64,000 nucleotides of DNA from Candidatus Multivoradales bacterium (GTDB lineage: Bacteria; Acidobacteriota; Thermoanaerobaculia; Multivoradales; JAHEKO01). How positions within the stretch are numbered: position 1 is the stretch's first letter; every line of letters begins with the position of its first letter. Under the pieces are notes generated by a model, which was not told the DNA's origin, made no database searches, and worked only from the letters and a program-made list of their open reading frames with translations. A program made the translations under genes and the position numbers. This document shows positions 1 through 8,987 of this stretch, one piece after another. The stretch lies in assembly GCA_965224065.1 (NCBI GenBank), contig CBDCYF010000005.1, positions 3,596,491 through 3,660,490 on the forward strand. The letters are read 5' to 3'.

Positions 1-1551
1 GGCAGTGCCGACGTTTCCGCTGGAGTCCTCGACGGCCAGGTCGAGGGTGTAGACACGGCCGTTGCCGCCTCCCTGGCGCTCTTTGCGCAGGTCAACAGAG
101 CGGCAGTCACCGGCGATGACGATGTCGTCGACGGTGTTGCCGTCGCCACCGCCGCCGACATTCTCTTCTTCGTCACTCGATACCGACGTGATCGCGACAT
201 CGTCGGCCGACACGTCCTGATCGCAGATATCGGTGGCGTCAACCACCACGCTGGTCAGATCGATCGTGGCGTACTTGTGGTTGGGCGGCCACAAAACGAT
301 CGGGTCGGCCTCGACGGTGATCTCAGGAGGTGTAGTGTCCTCGACGATGACATCGCGCGTCTCCATGGCCGTGTTGCCCGAGGCGTCGGAGGCGTCGTAG
401 GTCACTTGGTAGGTGCCCACCATGGTTTCGTCGACGGCGCTATTGTCGATCACCAGCGACGGAGTGGGGTCACAATTGTCGGCTACCGTCGCGCCTTCTT
501 CGACGTAAGTATCGATGCTGCACTCGAGCGTCACCGGGTTGTCGCCATTCAAGGTGACGTCCGGTGGCGTGACGTCCACGACGCTTACGGTCTGGTCGCA
601 GGCGTCGGTGTTGCCGCTTCCGTCGGTCGCCGTGTACATGATGATGTTGTCGCCCACGCCGTTGAACTGGGCGGGGAGCACCGGGTTGGCGGCGACTGAG
701 ACACCCGGACAGTTGTCGGTCGCGGTGGCGGGTGGTCCGGCGTAAGTCGCGTCACAGGTGGCATCGGCGTTCAGGGCGACGTTTGCGGGGCAGGTGATCA
801 CCGGATCGGTGTCGTCGATCACGTTGACGGTGATCTCCTTCTCGCATGTTCCTCCGTTGCCGTCATCGGCGCTGACCGTCACCGTGTTGGCGCCCAGAGC
901 GAGAGTCGCCGGGCTCACCATGATGGTCGGGGTGTCGCCGTCCGGGTCGGTCACACCCGTGACGTCGGCGCCGGAGATGGAGGCCTGGCAACTGCCGTCG
1001 GCGCTCTGGTCGGCGATGGCGGCGCCGCTGCAATCCGGAGGCGAGTTCATCGGGTCGTTCTCGACGATGGTGCCGGTCCCGGTGGTGTTGCCGAGGAAGA
1101 GGCACGGTGGGCCGACGGACGGGTTTGCTTCGCCGCCCGGCTGCCCGCCGAGTCCGACCGTAAAGGTCTCGTTCCCCTCGAACATCGTGTCGTCGTTGAG
1201 GGTGACGACGATGTTGTAGGTCTGCAGATCGGCGGAGGTGGTGCCGATGGTGATGAGCTGTCCATTGACGGCGGTGTAGTCGTCGGGGGCGGTGGCGGTT
1301 CCGTCGAAGGTACGCCACCAGGTGTTGGCGTTGACCTTGCCGCAGGGGTTGCAGGTGACGGTAAAGGTGACAGTGCCGTCGTCCTCGTCGGCAACGCCGT
1401 TGCCGATATTGACGTGAGCGTGGCCCCCGTCGGCATTACAGGAGCCCGGGTCGGGATCGTGGGCGCTGACCGCGGTCGGCGCAAGAAGGCCGAGCACGAG
1501 AACGGCGGCAGCAAAGATGCGAGAGATCGGAACGGCTATCGGTCCTGTCAT
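1..1551 (-). CDS. Secreted Calx-beta / HYR-like repeat surface protein with LWPPNHK-type C-terminal domain (3' end runs off the window)
   Basis: Manual translation from ATG at 1551 (AGGAGG RBS upstream): MTGPIAVPISRIFAAAVLVLGLLAPTAVSA signal peptide, Calx-beta-like DGTATAPDDY...DDTMFEGNETFTV, HYR-like DxTxPxITCP and TATDNC repeats, then LWPPNHKYATIDL...ERQGGGNGRVYTL. Open to position 1; absent from the ORF track because it is truncated. Confidence 0.85.
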   Translation of the reverse strand, partial: MTGPIAVPISRIFAAAVLVLGLLAPTAVSAHDPDPGSCNADGGHAHVNIGNGVADEDDGTVTFTVTCNPCGKVNANTWWRTFDGTATAPDDYTAVNGQLITIGTTSADLQTYNIVVTLNDDTMFEGNETFTVGLGGQPGGEANPSVGPPCLFLGNTTGTGTIVENDPMNSPPDCSGAAIADQSADGSCQASISGADVTGVTDPDGDTPTIMVSPATLALGANTVTVSADDGNGGTCEKEITVNVIDDTDPVITCPANVALNADATCDATYAGPPATATDNCPGVSVAANPVLPAQFNGVGDNIIMYTATDGSGNTDACDQTVSVVDVTPPDVTLNGDNPVTLECSIDTYVEEGATVADNCDPTPSLVIDNSAVDETMVGTYQVTYDASDASGNTAMETRDVIVEDTTPPEITVEADPIVLWPPNHKYATIDLTSVVVDATDICDQDVSADDVAITSVSSDEEENVGGGGDGNTVDDIVIAGDCRSVDLRKERQGGGNGRVYTLDLAVEDSSGNVGTA

Positions 1552-1698
1552 GGGCACCCTCCTCACTGAATGCGACCGGAGCCAGGTCTCGCCGACCGTG
1601 GCGGCCGCGGATCTCGGGTCGGGATGGCCGCCGTTTGTCACTCTGCGACGCGCCAGCGGGCAGTCGTAGCAGCGGTCCCCGTTTGCTTTATTACAAAA

Positions 1699-1727
1699 AC
1701 CCTAACATCATTGCGCGGGGCCGGCAA
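1699..1727 (-). promoter_or_regulatory. Possible sigma70 promoter for the Calx-beta/HYR gene
   Basis: Minus strand TTGCCG-17 bp-TAGGGT in an AT-rich intergenic patch. Confidence 0.3.
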
Positions 1728-1784
1728 ATAGACGGTTGGCTATGTTGCCGACGCTGTGGGACGAGAGGCGCCTTTCCGTGCCTC

Positions 1785-4400
1785 TCACCGCAGAAACTTG
1801 TGGAGACGGGCAAAAGCGGCCTCCGGCTCGGGGTCTCCCCCCCAACTCTCCCAGTACTCCGACAGTGGGGTCGTTTCCCGATGGGCTCGCTTTGCGACGT
1901 CGCCTTCGGCGGTCGTGCCCTCCGGCTTCCAGTCCGGTCCGCGCGCAGCGACGGCCTTCTCGAGAAGACCTCTCGCGGCCACCGGATCGCCTTCTTTCCA
2001 CGCCAGATAGCCCCGCAGAAAGAGGGCGCCGACCGAGCGGGAGTGGGTCCGGAGCACCAGCTCCAGCCGCTCCCGGGCCAGGTCGGTCTTGTTTCGCAGC
2101 AGCGCCACTTCCGCGAGGACGAGCAGCGCGCCGATCTCCTCGCGGTTGATCTCGTGCGCCCGCTCGAGAGCTTCTTTGGCCGAGCGGAGGTCGGTGTCCG
2201 ATTCGGCGGAGAACGCCAGAAGGACACCTCGCTGGCGGTGGCCGCGATGGCTCAAGGGGTTTTGCTCGACCAGGGTGTCGAACTCGGCGAGGGCTTCGGC
2301 GGTCCGGCCCTCGGCGGCCAGGAGGTTCGCCAGGTAGTAACGCGAATCGCCGTGCTTTGGGTTGAGCTTCAGAGCCTCCCGAAAGAGTGCGAGCGCGCGG
2401 GGCATGTCACCGTCGCGTTTCATCGCGTCCATCGCGGCGCGCTGGGTGGTCCAGAATCGACGCAGGCGGTCTCGGTCGCCGTTTGTTGGGGTCGAGGGCG
2501 CTCCGGGCTCGGCGGTTGCCGACACTACGGCAACGGGAGCCGATTTTGCACCGTTCCCCGAGGAGACTTTTCTCGGTTCGGGCTCGCCCCGGGTGATCTC
2601 CCAAATCGCGTTGGCCGGCAAACCCGGGAACGTCTGGCGTGGTCCCGCGGGCCAGGCCACCTCGACGTCGTCGACGCTGTCGGCCGTTCCCAGGCCGAAG
2701 TGGAGCGTCTGGCTGCTCTGCGAAAGATAGGACGCCCGTGTGAGGGAGCGCCGCAGCGTCGCGCCCCCGGCCTGGAGAGTGACCGTCGCGCCTTCGACGG
2801 TCCCGGCGGGTTCGCCCCCCGATAGATCCTGCCGGAGCCGGATCTCGATCCAGTTGTTTTGCGGTTCCGAGTCATTGCGCAGGAGCCGCGCGCCGCGCTC
2901 GAGATCGACGACGACGAGGTCGAGGTCGCCGTCTCCGTCATAGTCCGACGTCGCCAGACCCCGCCCGACCCAGGGCTCGGACAAGGCCTCGGTGAGAGGC
3001 GCGACGTCGTGAAAGGACTTGCCCTGCCGATTCCACAGCAGGAAAGGCTTCTGTGGCCTGAGCTGTTTGGGGACCGCATCGGTCTCGAAGGTCGAGCCAT
3101 TGGCGATCACGAGATCGAGCCAACCGTCGGAGTCGAAGTCGGCAAACTCGGTTCCCCAGCCCACCGACTGCAGCGCGATCTGGCCCAGGCCGAGCGGCGC
3201 CGCGACGTCCGAGAAGACCAGCCCGCCCACTGGGCGGCCATCCGAGTCTGGGGTGGGCTCGCGGGGTGCACTCAATCGCCGGGAGTCGTACAGCGCGTTC
3301 TCTTGCGCCACCCAGTGAGTGACAAACAGGTCGTCGTCGCCGTCCCGGTTCCAGTCCCCGGCGGCGAGTCCCATCGCGCCCCGGTAGTCCGCGACCCAGG
3401 CGGCGAGGCTCCGATCCTCGAAGCCATCCTCGCCGTTGAGATACAGGGCATTGTCCGAGATGTCGTTGGCGACATACAGGTCGAGGCGCCCGTCGGCGTC
3501 GAAGTCGTGCCAGAGGGCCGAAAGGCTACGCCCACCGGGATTCGAGATCCCCAGGGCGAGCGCCTCCTCTACGAATTCGACGCGGCCGGTCTCGGCCAGC
3601 CGGTTGCGGAACAGCAGGTTGGGCTCGGGCTCGAACGAGGCGGGGTTCAAGGTGTAGGGGACCGCCTGGCCGTACTGCTCGGAAAGCCGCCGGCGGCCAT
3701 CTTCTTCCACCTCGTAGGCGACATAACCGCAGACATAGAGGTCCAGGTCGCGATCGTTGTCGAAGTCGGCCCAGGCGAGGCCGGCCCAGTATCCCTCCGG
3801 GGCTTGGAGGATCGGATCGCGCACAAAGCCGGTGCCCTCGTTGCGAAACAGGAGCAGCGACCGATAGCCGCTGACGGCGAGGTCGAGCCGGCCGTCGCCG
3901 TCGTAGTCGCCCCAGGCGGCACCCATGCCGTGGACCCGGGTCTCGGGAAACCCTGCGAACTCGCGAAAACCGCCGTCCCCCAGGTTCTCGTAGAGCCTGG
4001 ACCGAGCGATCTCGCCGTCATCGAGGTCGAGACCGCCGCCGGCGCTCACCAGAAACAGGTCGTCGTCGCCGTCGCCGTCGAAATCGCCCCATGCGGCGCC
4101 CGCGCCCATGTCCTCCGGAAGCTGCGAGGTGCGATTGCCGACAAATGAGCGGAAGTCGCCCAGACCGGCCTCCACGGTCGCATCGGTGAACCGGGGGACC
4201 GGGGCGTCGGCGGGCAAATCGAGCGCCAGCTTGGTGGTGATCTCGGGGAGCTCTTCGCCCGGGGTCCGGGTTTCTGGCCGCGCGGCGAGCCACGCCCATA
4301 TCCCGGCCGCGACCGCCAGGACGGCCGTTGCAGCGATGACCCAGGTGGCTCGCCGGAGCCGCCTTTTGCGTCGTCCGAGCGAGGGCTTGTGGGACGTCAC
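1785..4400 (-). CDS. Membrane-anchored FG-GAP repeat / ASPIC-UnbV (CRTAC1-like) protein with C-terminal TPRs
   Basis: N-terminal TM helix; repeated DxDxDGDxDL FG-GAP motifs; GRGLATSDYDGDGDLDL; SYLSQSSQTLHFGLG (ASPIC/UnbV); TPR-like helical C-terminus. Confidence 0.9.
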   Translation of the reverse strand: MTSHKPSLGRRKRRLRRATWVIAATAVLAVAAGIWAWLAARPETRTPGEELPEITTKLALDLPADAPVPRFTDATVEAGLGDFRSFVGNRTSQLPEDMGAGAAWGDFDGDGDDDLFLVSAGGGLDLDDGEIARSRLYENLGDGGFREFAGFPETRVHGMGAAWGDYDGDGRLDLAVSGYRSLLLFRNEGTGFVRDPILQAPEGYWAGLAWADFDNDRDLDLYVCGYVAYEVEEDGRRRLSEQYGQAVPYTLNPASFEPEPNLLFRNRLAETGRVEFVEEALALGISNPGGRSLSALWHDFDADGRLDLYVANDISDNALYLNGEDGFEDRSLAAWVADYRGAMGLAAGDWNRDGDDDLFVTHWVAQENALYDSRRLSAPREPTPDSDGRPVGGLVFSDVAAPLGLGQIALQSVGWGTEFADFDSDGWLDLVIANGSTFETDAVPKQLRPQKPFLLWNRQGKSFHDVAPLTEALSEPWVGRGLATSDYDGDGDLDLVVVDLERGARLLRNDSEPQNNWIEIRLRQDLSGGEPAGTVEGATVTLQAGGATLRRSLTRASYLSQSSQTLHFGLGTADSVDDVEVAWPAGPRQTFPGLPANAIWEITRGEPEPRKVSSGNGAKSAPVAVVSATAEPGAPSTPTNGDRDRLRRFWTTQRAAMDAMKRDGDMPRALALFREALKLNPKHGDSRYYLANLLAAEGRTAEALAEFDTLVEQNPLSHRGHRQRGVLLAFSAESDTDLRSAKEALERAHEINREEIGALLVLAEVALLRNKTDLARERLELVLRTHSRSVGALFLRGYLAWKEGDPVAARGLLEKAVAARGPDWKPEGTTAEGDVAKRAHRETTPLSEYWESWGGDPEPEAAFARLHKFLR

Positions 4401-4452
4401 GAGCCCAACTTTCTCACGGGCACTCTGTCGCCCGACGCGCCGGTCGCTCGGG

Positions 4453-6552
4453 TCAGCCGCCGGCGGCGATGGCGATCGTCGTGCCGCCGGACGCCACGGC
4501 GGCGGTCCGGCGCACGATCGGCACCGTCGCGCTCTGCCGCGTCATCTCGATGACCGGTGCCGTCAAACCCGAATCCTCTCCCAGCAGGAAGTTGATCAGA
4601 AACTGGTCGACCTTGCGGTACATCAACCGCGCTTCGATGGTGATCTCGCCCTCCCGCGCCGGGGCGTCGATGTCGAAGTCCTGGTTTTCCCAGGCCCGGC
4701 GCTCCTCCTCGGACCAGGGCTCGAACGCGCTCGGGCAATCGACCACGTACTCGACGGTGTCCGAGTATCCGGGAAACAGCGCGCGCCGGTATCGCACCCC
4801 CACCATCTCCCACAGGTTGTGTCGGTCGATCAGGTTGCCGTACTGGTCGACCGGCTCCGCCTTGAAGAGAAAGCTTCCCGGCTCTATAAAGTTCTTCTCG
4901 TCGCGCCGGCCGCTGGCGAAGATCTCGTTTCCGTCCTGGTCCTCGACATGCAGCTCGATCCAGCTCTGGATGATGTCGAGCGGTCCGGTGGGGAAGTCGT
5001 GGCCGACCTTGTTTGCGGTCATGACGATCCGGATCGGCAATTTCTCTCCGGGTGCGACCGAGTCGGGCACGTCTAGAGCGACTTGAACGACCGGCCCGGC
5101 GCGCCATTTGTCGCGGATCTCGGGGATTTCGAAGCGGCCTTTTAGCCACTCCTCGGTCAGCCGAACTTGTTCGCGCCAGCCGTCCAGCTCGAGCATCGCC
5201 GGCACCAGGCTGTTGGCGGCGATAAAGCGGTGGCTGCGGTGTTTGGAATCGCCGGCGTGCCGATTGTGGTCGACCGCGTCCCCGCGCGCCGGGTCGGTGG
5301 ACTCCACCAGCGGCATGTGGCACTCGCGGCACTCGACCGTCTCCTCGGGGGAGCCCTCGACAAACCAGTGGCTCGCTTTCCAGTTGTCGTACTGGTTCTG
5401 CAACTGCACCCAGCCGACGCGGTTGACCTCCTGATCGATGAACTGCTTGTGGCACGCGGCGCAGTACTCCGGAGCCTTGAACATGCGCTTCGAGAGCTTC
5501 TGGTGTTCGTCGGGATAGGTGCGGATCAGAAAATCGCTCACGAATTTGGCCGCCGGGCGCTCGCTCCACTGCCACAAGTAAGTCGACGGCTGGGTCATCA
5601 CATAGTTGGCGTTGCCCTGCAGATCGGTCTCGCGCACGCCGTGACAGGCCAGACACGAAATGCCTTCCTGATAACCGTGGAGCTCGGTGAGGTTCTCGAC
5701 AAAGAGGTTTTTTGTGCCCGAGAAGAGCGAAAGCGGATCGTGGCAGCCCGCGCAGTAGCGGGTCGACTCCGGCCCGTTTTGCTCGGCCATAACGCTCTGG
5801 ACCTTTTGGAACAGTGGATCCATGGCGGCGTAACGATGGGCGCTGGGTCGCCATTCTTCGAGGATCTGGGTATGACATCGGCTCGTGCCACAGCTCTCCG
5901 AGCCGGCCAGGGACTCGGCATCAAAGGCGCCGCCGGTCGAGGTCACCGCCAGGCTGGGCGCAAACGGGCGGTCTTCGCCGTAGAGAAAGTTGTAGTCCTC
6001 GGGCAGTTGGTTGACGTATTCAGCGCCGCCGTAGGCGAGCGGCAGCAGAAATCCGAGCGCTACCACCGCCGCGCTCACCCCGACGGTGACCCCTGCCAGC
6101 CGGCCCGCCCGGGCTTCGGTGCGCCGCTTGCCCAGCCGCAGAAACACCAACACGACGTGGGGGAGCGTGCAGGCGAGGACCGCGAAGGTGGAGTAGAGAT
6201 GGATGTTGCGCCACAGTGGCGACATGCGCAATCCAAAAAGTCCTTGCCAGGTGACGACGAGCCCGGAGAGCGCGCAGAGCAAGAGGGCGGCGGCTGCCAG
6301 ATAGCCCAGCAGCAGCGCGTCGGAGAAGCTGTAGTGCTTGTAGTCCGACCAATGAGCGCAGGTGTACCAGGTCAGGGGGGCCAATATCGCCAGACCCAGC
6401 ACGGTGTGGAGGAGCACCGTCCACTCGATGGCTGCCGAGAACGGGGCAAACGTGATCAAGAGGCCGGTCGCCGCTTCGATGAGCAGCGCCGATAGGGCGA
6501 TCCGGCTGATCGCCGCCGACCATCCGGTTCGGATCTCCTGCGGTCTCGGCAT
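4453..6552 (-). CDS. Multiheme c-type cytochrome (c554-like) fused to an N-terminal multi-pass, His-containing cytochrome b-like membrane anchor
   Basis: CAGCH, CLACH, CAACH, CRECH plus an atypical CGTSRCH (CX4CH); N-terminal hydrophobic helices with four His; GHDFPTG motif near the C-terminus. Confidence 0.85.
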   Translation of the reverse strand: MPRPQEIRTGWSAAISRIALSALLIEAATGLLITFAPFSAAIEWTVLLHTVLGLAILAPLTWYTCAHWSDYKHYSFSDALLLGYLAAAALLLCALSGLVVTWQGLFGLRMSPLWRNIHLYSTFAVLACTLPHVVLVFLRLGKRRTEARAGRLAGVTVGVSAAVVALGFLLPLAYGGAEYVNQLPEDYNFLYGEDRPFAPSLAVTSTGGAFDAESLAGSESCGTSRCHTQILEEWRPSAHRYAAMDPLFQKVQSVMAEQNGPESTRYCAGCHDPLSLFSGTKNLFVENLTELHGYQEGISCLACHGVRETDLQGNANYVMTQPSTYLWQWSERPAAKFVSDFLIRTYPDEHQKLSKRMFKAPEYCAACHKQFIDQEVNRVGWVQLQNQYDNWKASHWFVEGSPEETVECRECHMPLVESTDPARGDAVDHNRHAGDSKHRSHRFIAANSLVPAMLELDGWREQVRLTEEWLKGRFEIPEIRDKWRAGPVVQVALDVPDSVAPGEKLPIRIVMTANKVGHDFPTGPLDIIQSWIELHVEDQDGNEIFASGRRDEKNFIEPGSFLFKAEPVDQYGNLIDRHNLWEMVGVRYRRALFPGYSDTVEYVVDCPSAFEPWSEEERRAWENQDFDIDAPAREGEITIEARLMYRKVDQFLINFLLGEDSGLTAPVIEMTRQSATVPIVRRTAAVASGGTTIAIAAGG

Positions 6553-6616
6553 CTTGACCTCCGGCAGGAGCCTAGCCAGGAGATGGTGAAAATCGCACCA
6601 CCCGCCGGGGTAGTGT

Positions 6617-6654
6617 AAAAAAGCCCGCCGGAGCCACAGGCTCGGCGGGCTTTT
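6617..6654. terminator. Intrinsic terminator downstream of the RRM gene (A/T tracts on both sides)
   Basis: AAAAAAGCCCGCCGGAGC-CACAG-GCTCGGCGGGCTTTT hairpin with a 1-nt bulge. Confidence 0.8.
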
Positions 6655-6673
6655 GCTGGATTCCGGTTAGGGA

Positions 6674-6952
6674 CTACCAGCCGTGACGCTGCGGCCGCGG
6701 GCCGCGGTCGGTGCGCGGACGCGCCTCGTTGACGTTGAGGCTCCGGCCACCCATCTCGGTCTGGTGAAGGGCCTGGATCGCCTCGTCGGCGCCGTCGGCC
6801 ATTTCGACAAAACCAAAACCCCGCGGACGCCCGGTCTCCCGATCGGTGATCAGGTTTACCGACTCGACGGTGCCGTATGGAGCGAATAGCTCGCGGACCT
6901 CTTCGTCGGTGGCGCTGAAGGGAAGGTTACCTACGTAGATCTTCTTCGACAT
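6674..6952 (-). CDS. RNA-binding protein, single RRM domain
   Basis: MSKKIYVGNL (RNP-2), RGFGFVEM (RNP-1), NVNEARPR; real start is the ATG at 6952, 92 aa. Confidence 0.95.
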   Translation of the reverse strand: MSKKIYVGNLPFSATDEEVRELFAPYGTVESVNLITDRETGRPRGFGFVEMADGADEAIQALHQTEMGGRSLNVNEARPRTDRGPRPQRHGW

Positions 6953-7428
6953 GTCTCTGTTCTCCTGCCCCGCCTCATCGTGGCGAGAAAGATGCTTCGA
7001 TCTCCAGCCACTGCGGCCGGACGGTTCGGGTGGGCGCAACCCCGGATACGGCACTACTCATCTGCTGTCAGGAAACGGAACTGAAAGGTCGCTTACTGGA
7101 GGAGGGGAGTAACTCGCGGTCCGTTGGATGAACCCAACGCGAGAACGCTAGCAGCTTGGAGCGGAAAGCGCAAGGAGATGGGGTCGAGTGGGCGGACCTG
7201 CCACCCACCCCTGGGAGTAGGGTCGCCCATCCCTTGGATATCGGTCACCCTGCCCGGTCGGCGGGTGCGTCGATGTCTTGACGCCGCGTAGGTTCTCGGT
7301 GGGGAGATGAGTTAGCAGAAAAAGTACCGACATTCCGGTCGCACAGCGTTCCCATCCTCCTTTCTCAAGTGGCGGCGGGGCAGAGAGCCCCCCTCGAAAC
7401 TCCGCGACCACTGCGACGGCCGGAGCAA

Positions 7429-7454
7429 GGGGGCAGGCGTTTCTCGCCTGCCCC
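7429..7454 (+). promoter_or_regulatory. Perfect 10-bp hairpin in the leader of the tryptophanase gene
   Basis: GGGGCAGGCG-TTTTCT-CGCCTGCCCC, 28 nt upstream of the ATG, followed by a short T-rich run. Confidence 0.45.
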
Positions 7455-7482
7455 CGGATTTTCTTGCCGCCGAGGAGCGACC

Positions 7483-8880
7483 ATGTCCCGGATCATCGAG
7501 CCGTTTCGAATCAAGATGGTCGAGCCGATTCGGATGTCCACCCGTGAGGAGCGGGAGCGCCACCTCGCGCGGGCCGGCTTCAACCTGTTTAAGCTCCCGG
7601 CCGACACCATCCTCATCGATCTGTTGACCGACAGTGGCACCGGGGCGATGAGCTCCGAACAGTGGGCGGCGCTGATGCGGGGAGACGAGTCTTACGCTGG
7701 TAGCTCCAGCTGGGTCCGTTTCGAGCAAGCCGTGCAGGATATCTTTGGCTTCCGGCACGTGATCCCGACCCATCAGGGTCGCGCCGCCGAGAGAATTCTG
7801 GCGGCCACTCTCTGCCGGCCGGGCGCAGTGGTTCCAAACAACACGCATTTCGACACGACACGAGCCAACATCGAAGCAACGGGCACCGAAGCGGTGGATC
7901 TCCCCTGCGTCGAATCCCACCGGCTCGACTCCTCTTTTCCTTTCAAGGGAAACACCGACGTCGAAGGGCTGGAGCGGTGCCTCGATGAGAATCCCGGCAG
8001 GGTCCCATTCGCCATGGTGACGATCACCAACAACGGCGGGGGTGGGCAGCCGGTGTCGATGGAGAACATTCAGGACGTGTCTCGCATCTGCCGCGCGCAA
8101 GGCGTGCCGTTCTACATCGACGCCTGCCGGTTCGCTGAGAACGCCTATTTCATCCAGCAGCGCAGCGCCAAACACCGGGACAAGACTCTGCTGGAGATCG
8201 CCCGGGAGATGTTCTCCCATGCGGACGGCTGCACCATGAGCGCAAAAAAGGATGGGCTGGCGAACATCGGCGGCTTTCTGTGCAGCAACGACGATGCGGT
8301 GGCGCGCCACGAAGAGGAGCTGTTGATCCTGACCGAAGGCTTCCCGACCTACGGCGGCCTGGCCGGTAGGGATCTGGAGGCCATCGCGGTGGGTCTGTAC
8401 GAGGCCCTGGACCCCGACTACCAGCGCTACCGTACTGCGTCTACCCGGTATTTGGGCCAGCGCCTCGCGGCCGGTGGCGTGCCGATCGTTCAACCACCCG
8501 GCGGGCACGCTATCTACATCGACGCCGCCCAGTTACTGCCTCACATCCCGCGGTCGCAGTATCCGGGGCAGGCATTGGCGGTCGCGCTGTATTGGCACGG
8601 CGGTATCCGCTCGGTCGAGGTCGGGTCGGTCATGCTGGGCCGCTGGGATCCGGCGACCGGCGCCGAGACACCCGCGCGGCACGAGCTCCTGCGGCTGGCC
8701 ATACCACGCCGGGTCTATACCAAAAGTCACATCGATTATGTGATCGAGGTCATCCTGGAGGTCGTGGCGAGCAAGAATGACATCCCGGGAGTACGGATCG
8801 TCGAGGAGCCCGAGACGCTACGGCACTTCAGCGCAACGTTCGAGCCGATTGCAGGTGCCGCCGCGACGTCCGGCCGCTGA
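7483..8880 (+). CDS. tnaA: Tryptophanase / tyrosine phenol-lyase family PLP beta-eliminating lyase
   Basis: EPFRIKMVEP, IDLLTDSGT, PTHQGRAAE, MSAKKDG (PLP lysine), LRLAIPRRVY; GAGGAG RBS before the ATG at 7483. Confidence 0.88.
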   Translation: MSRIIEPFRIKMVEPIRMSTREERERHLARAGFNLFKLPADTILIDLLTDSGTGAMSSEQWAALMRGDESYAGSSSWVRFEQAVQDIFGFRHVIPTHQGRAAERILAATLCRPGAVVPNNTHFDTTRANIEATGTEAVDLPCVESHRLDSSFPFKGNTDVEGLERCLDENPGRVPFAMVTITNNGGGGQPVSMENIQDVSRICRAQGVPFYIDACRFAENAYFIQQRSAKHRDKTLLEIAREMFSHADGCTMSAKKDGLANIGGFLCSNDDAVARHEEELLILTEGFPTYGGLAGRDLEAIAVGLYEALDPDYQRYRTASTRYLGQRLAAGGVPIVQPPGGHAIYIDAAQLLPHIPRSQYPGQALAVALYWHGGIRSVEVGSVMLGRWDPATGAETPARHELLRLAIPRRVYTKSHIDYVIEVILEVVASKNDIPGVRIVEEPETLRHFSATFEPIAGAAATSGR

Positions 8881-8987
8881 CGGCTTCCCGAGCTGAGCTT
8901 GGGCCGGGTCCGCACCTGGCCCAGGTGGCGAGCGGCACACCGTGCTGAAGGGGTGCACCAGATCTTGTACCCCGTCAAGAGCGAGGA

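Noticed and set aside
4400-4455. Readthrough fusion of the multiheme cytochrome into the ASPIC/UnbV gene
   Set aside because: The 52-nt gap puts them in different frames.
7178-7291. 37-codon ORF with one Trp as a TnaC-like leader peptide
   Set aside because: The RBS abuts the ATG with no spacing, the W-x3-D...P pattern of TnaC is missing, and it ends about 190 nt from tnaA.
7365-7480. SAM-I or other riboswitch, or tRNA-Sec, upstream of tnaA
   Set aside because: Only superficial resemblance; the conserved cores (AUC..AGA, GCAACC, GUGC, GAUG) and a cloverleaf are absent.
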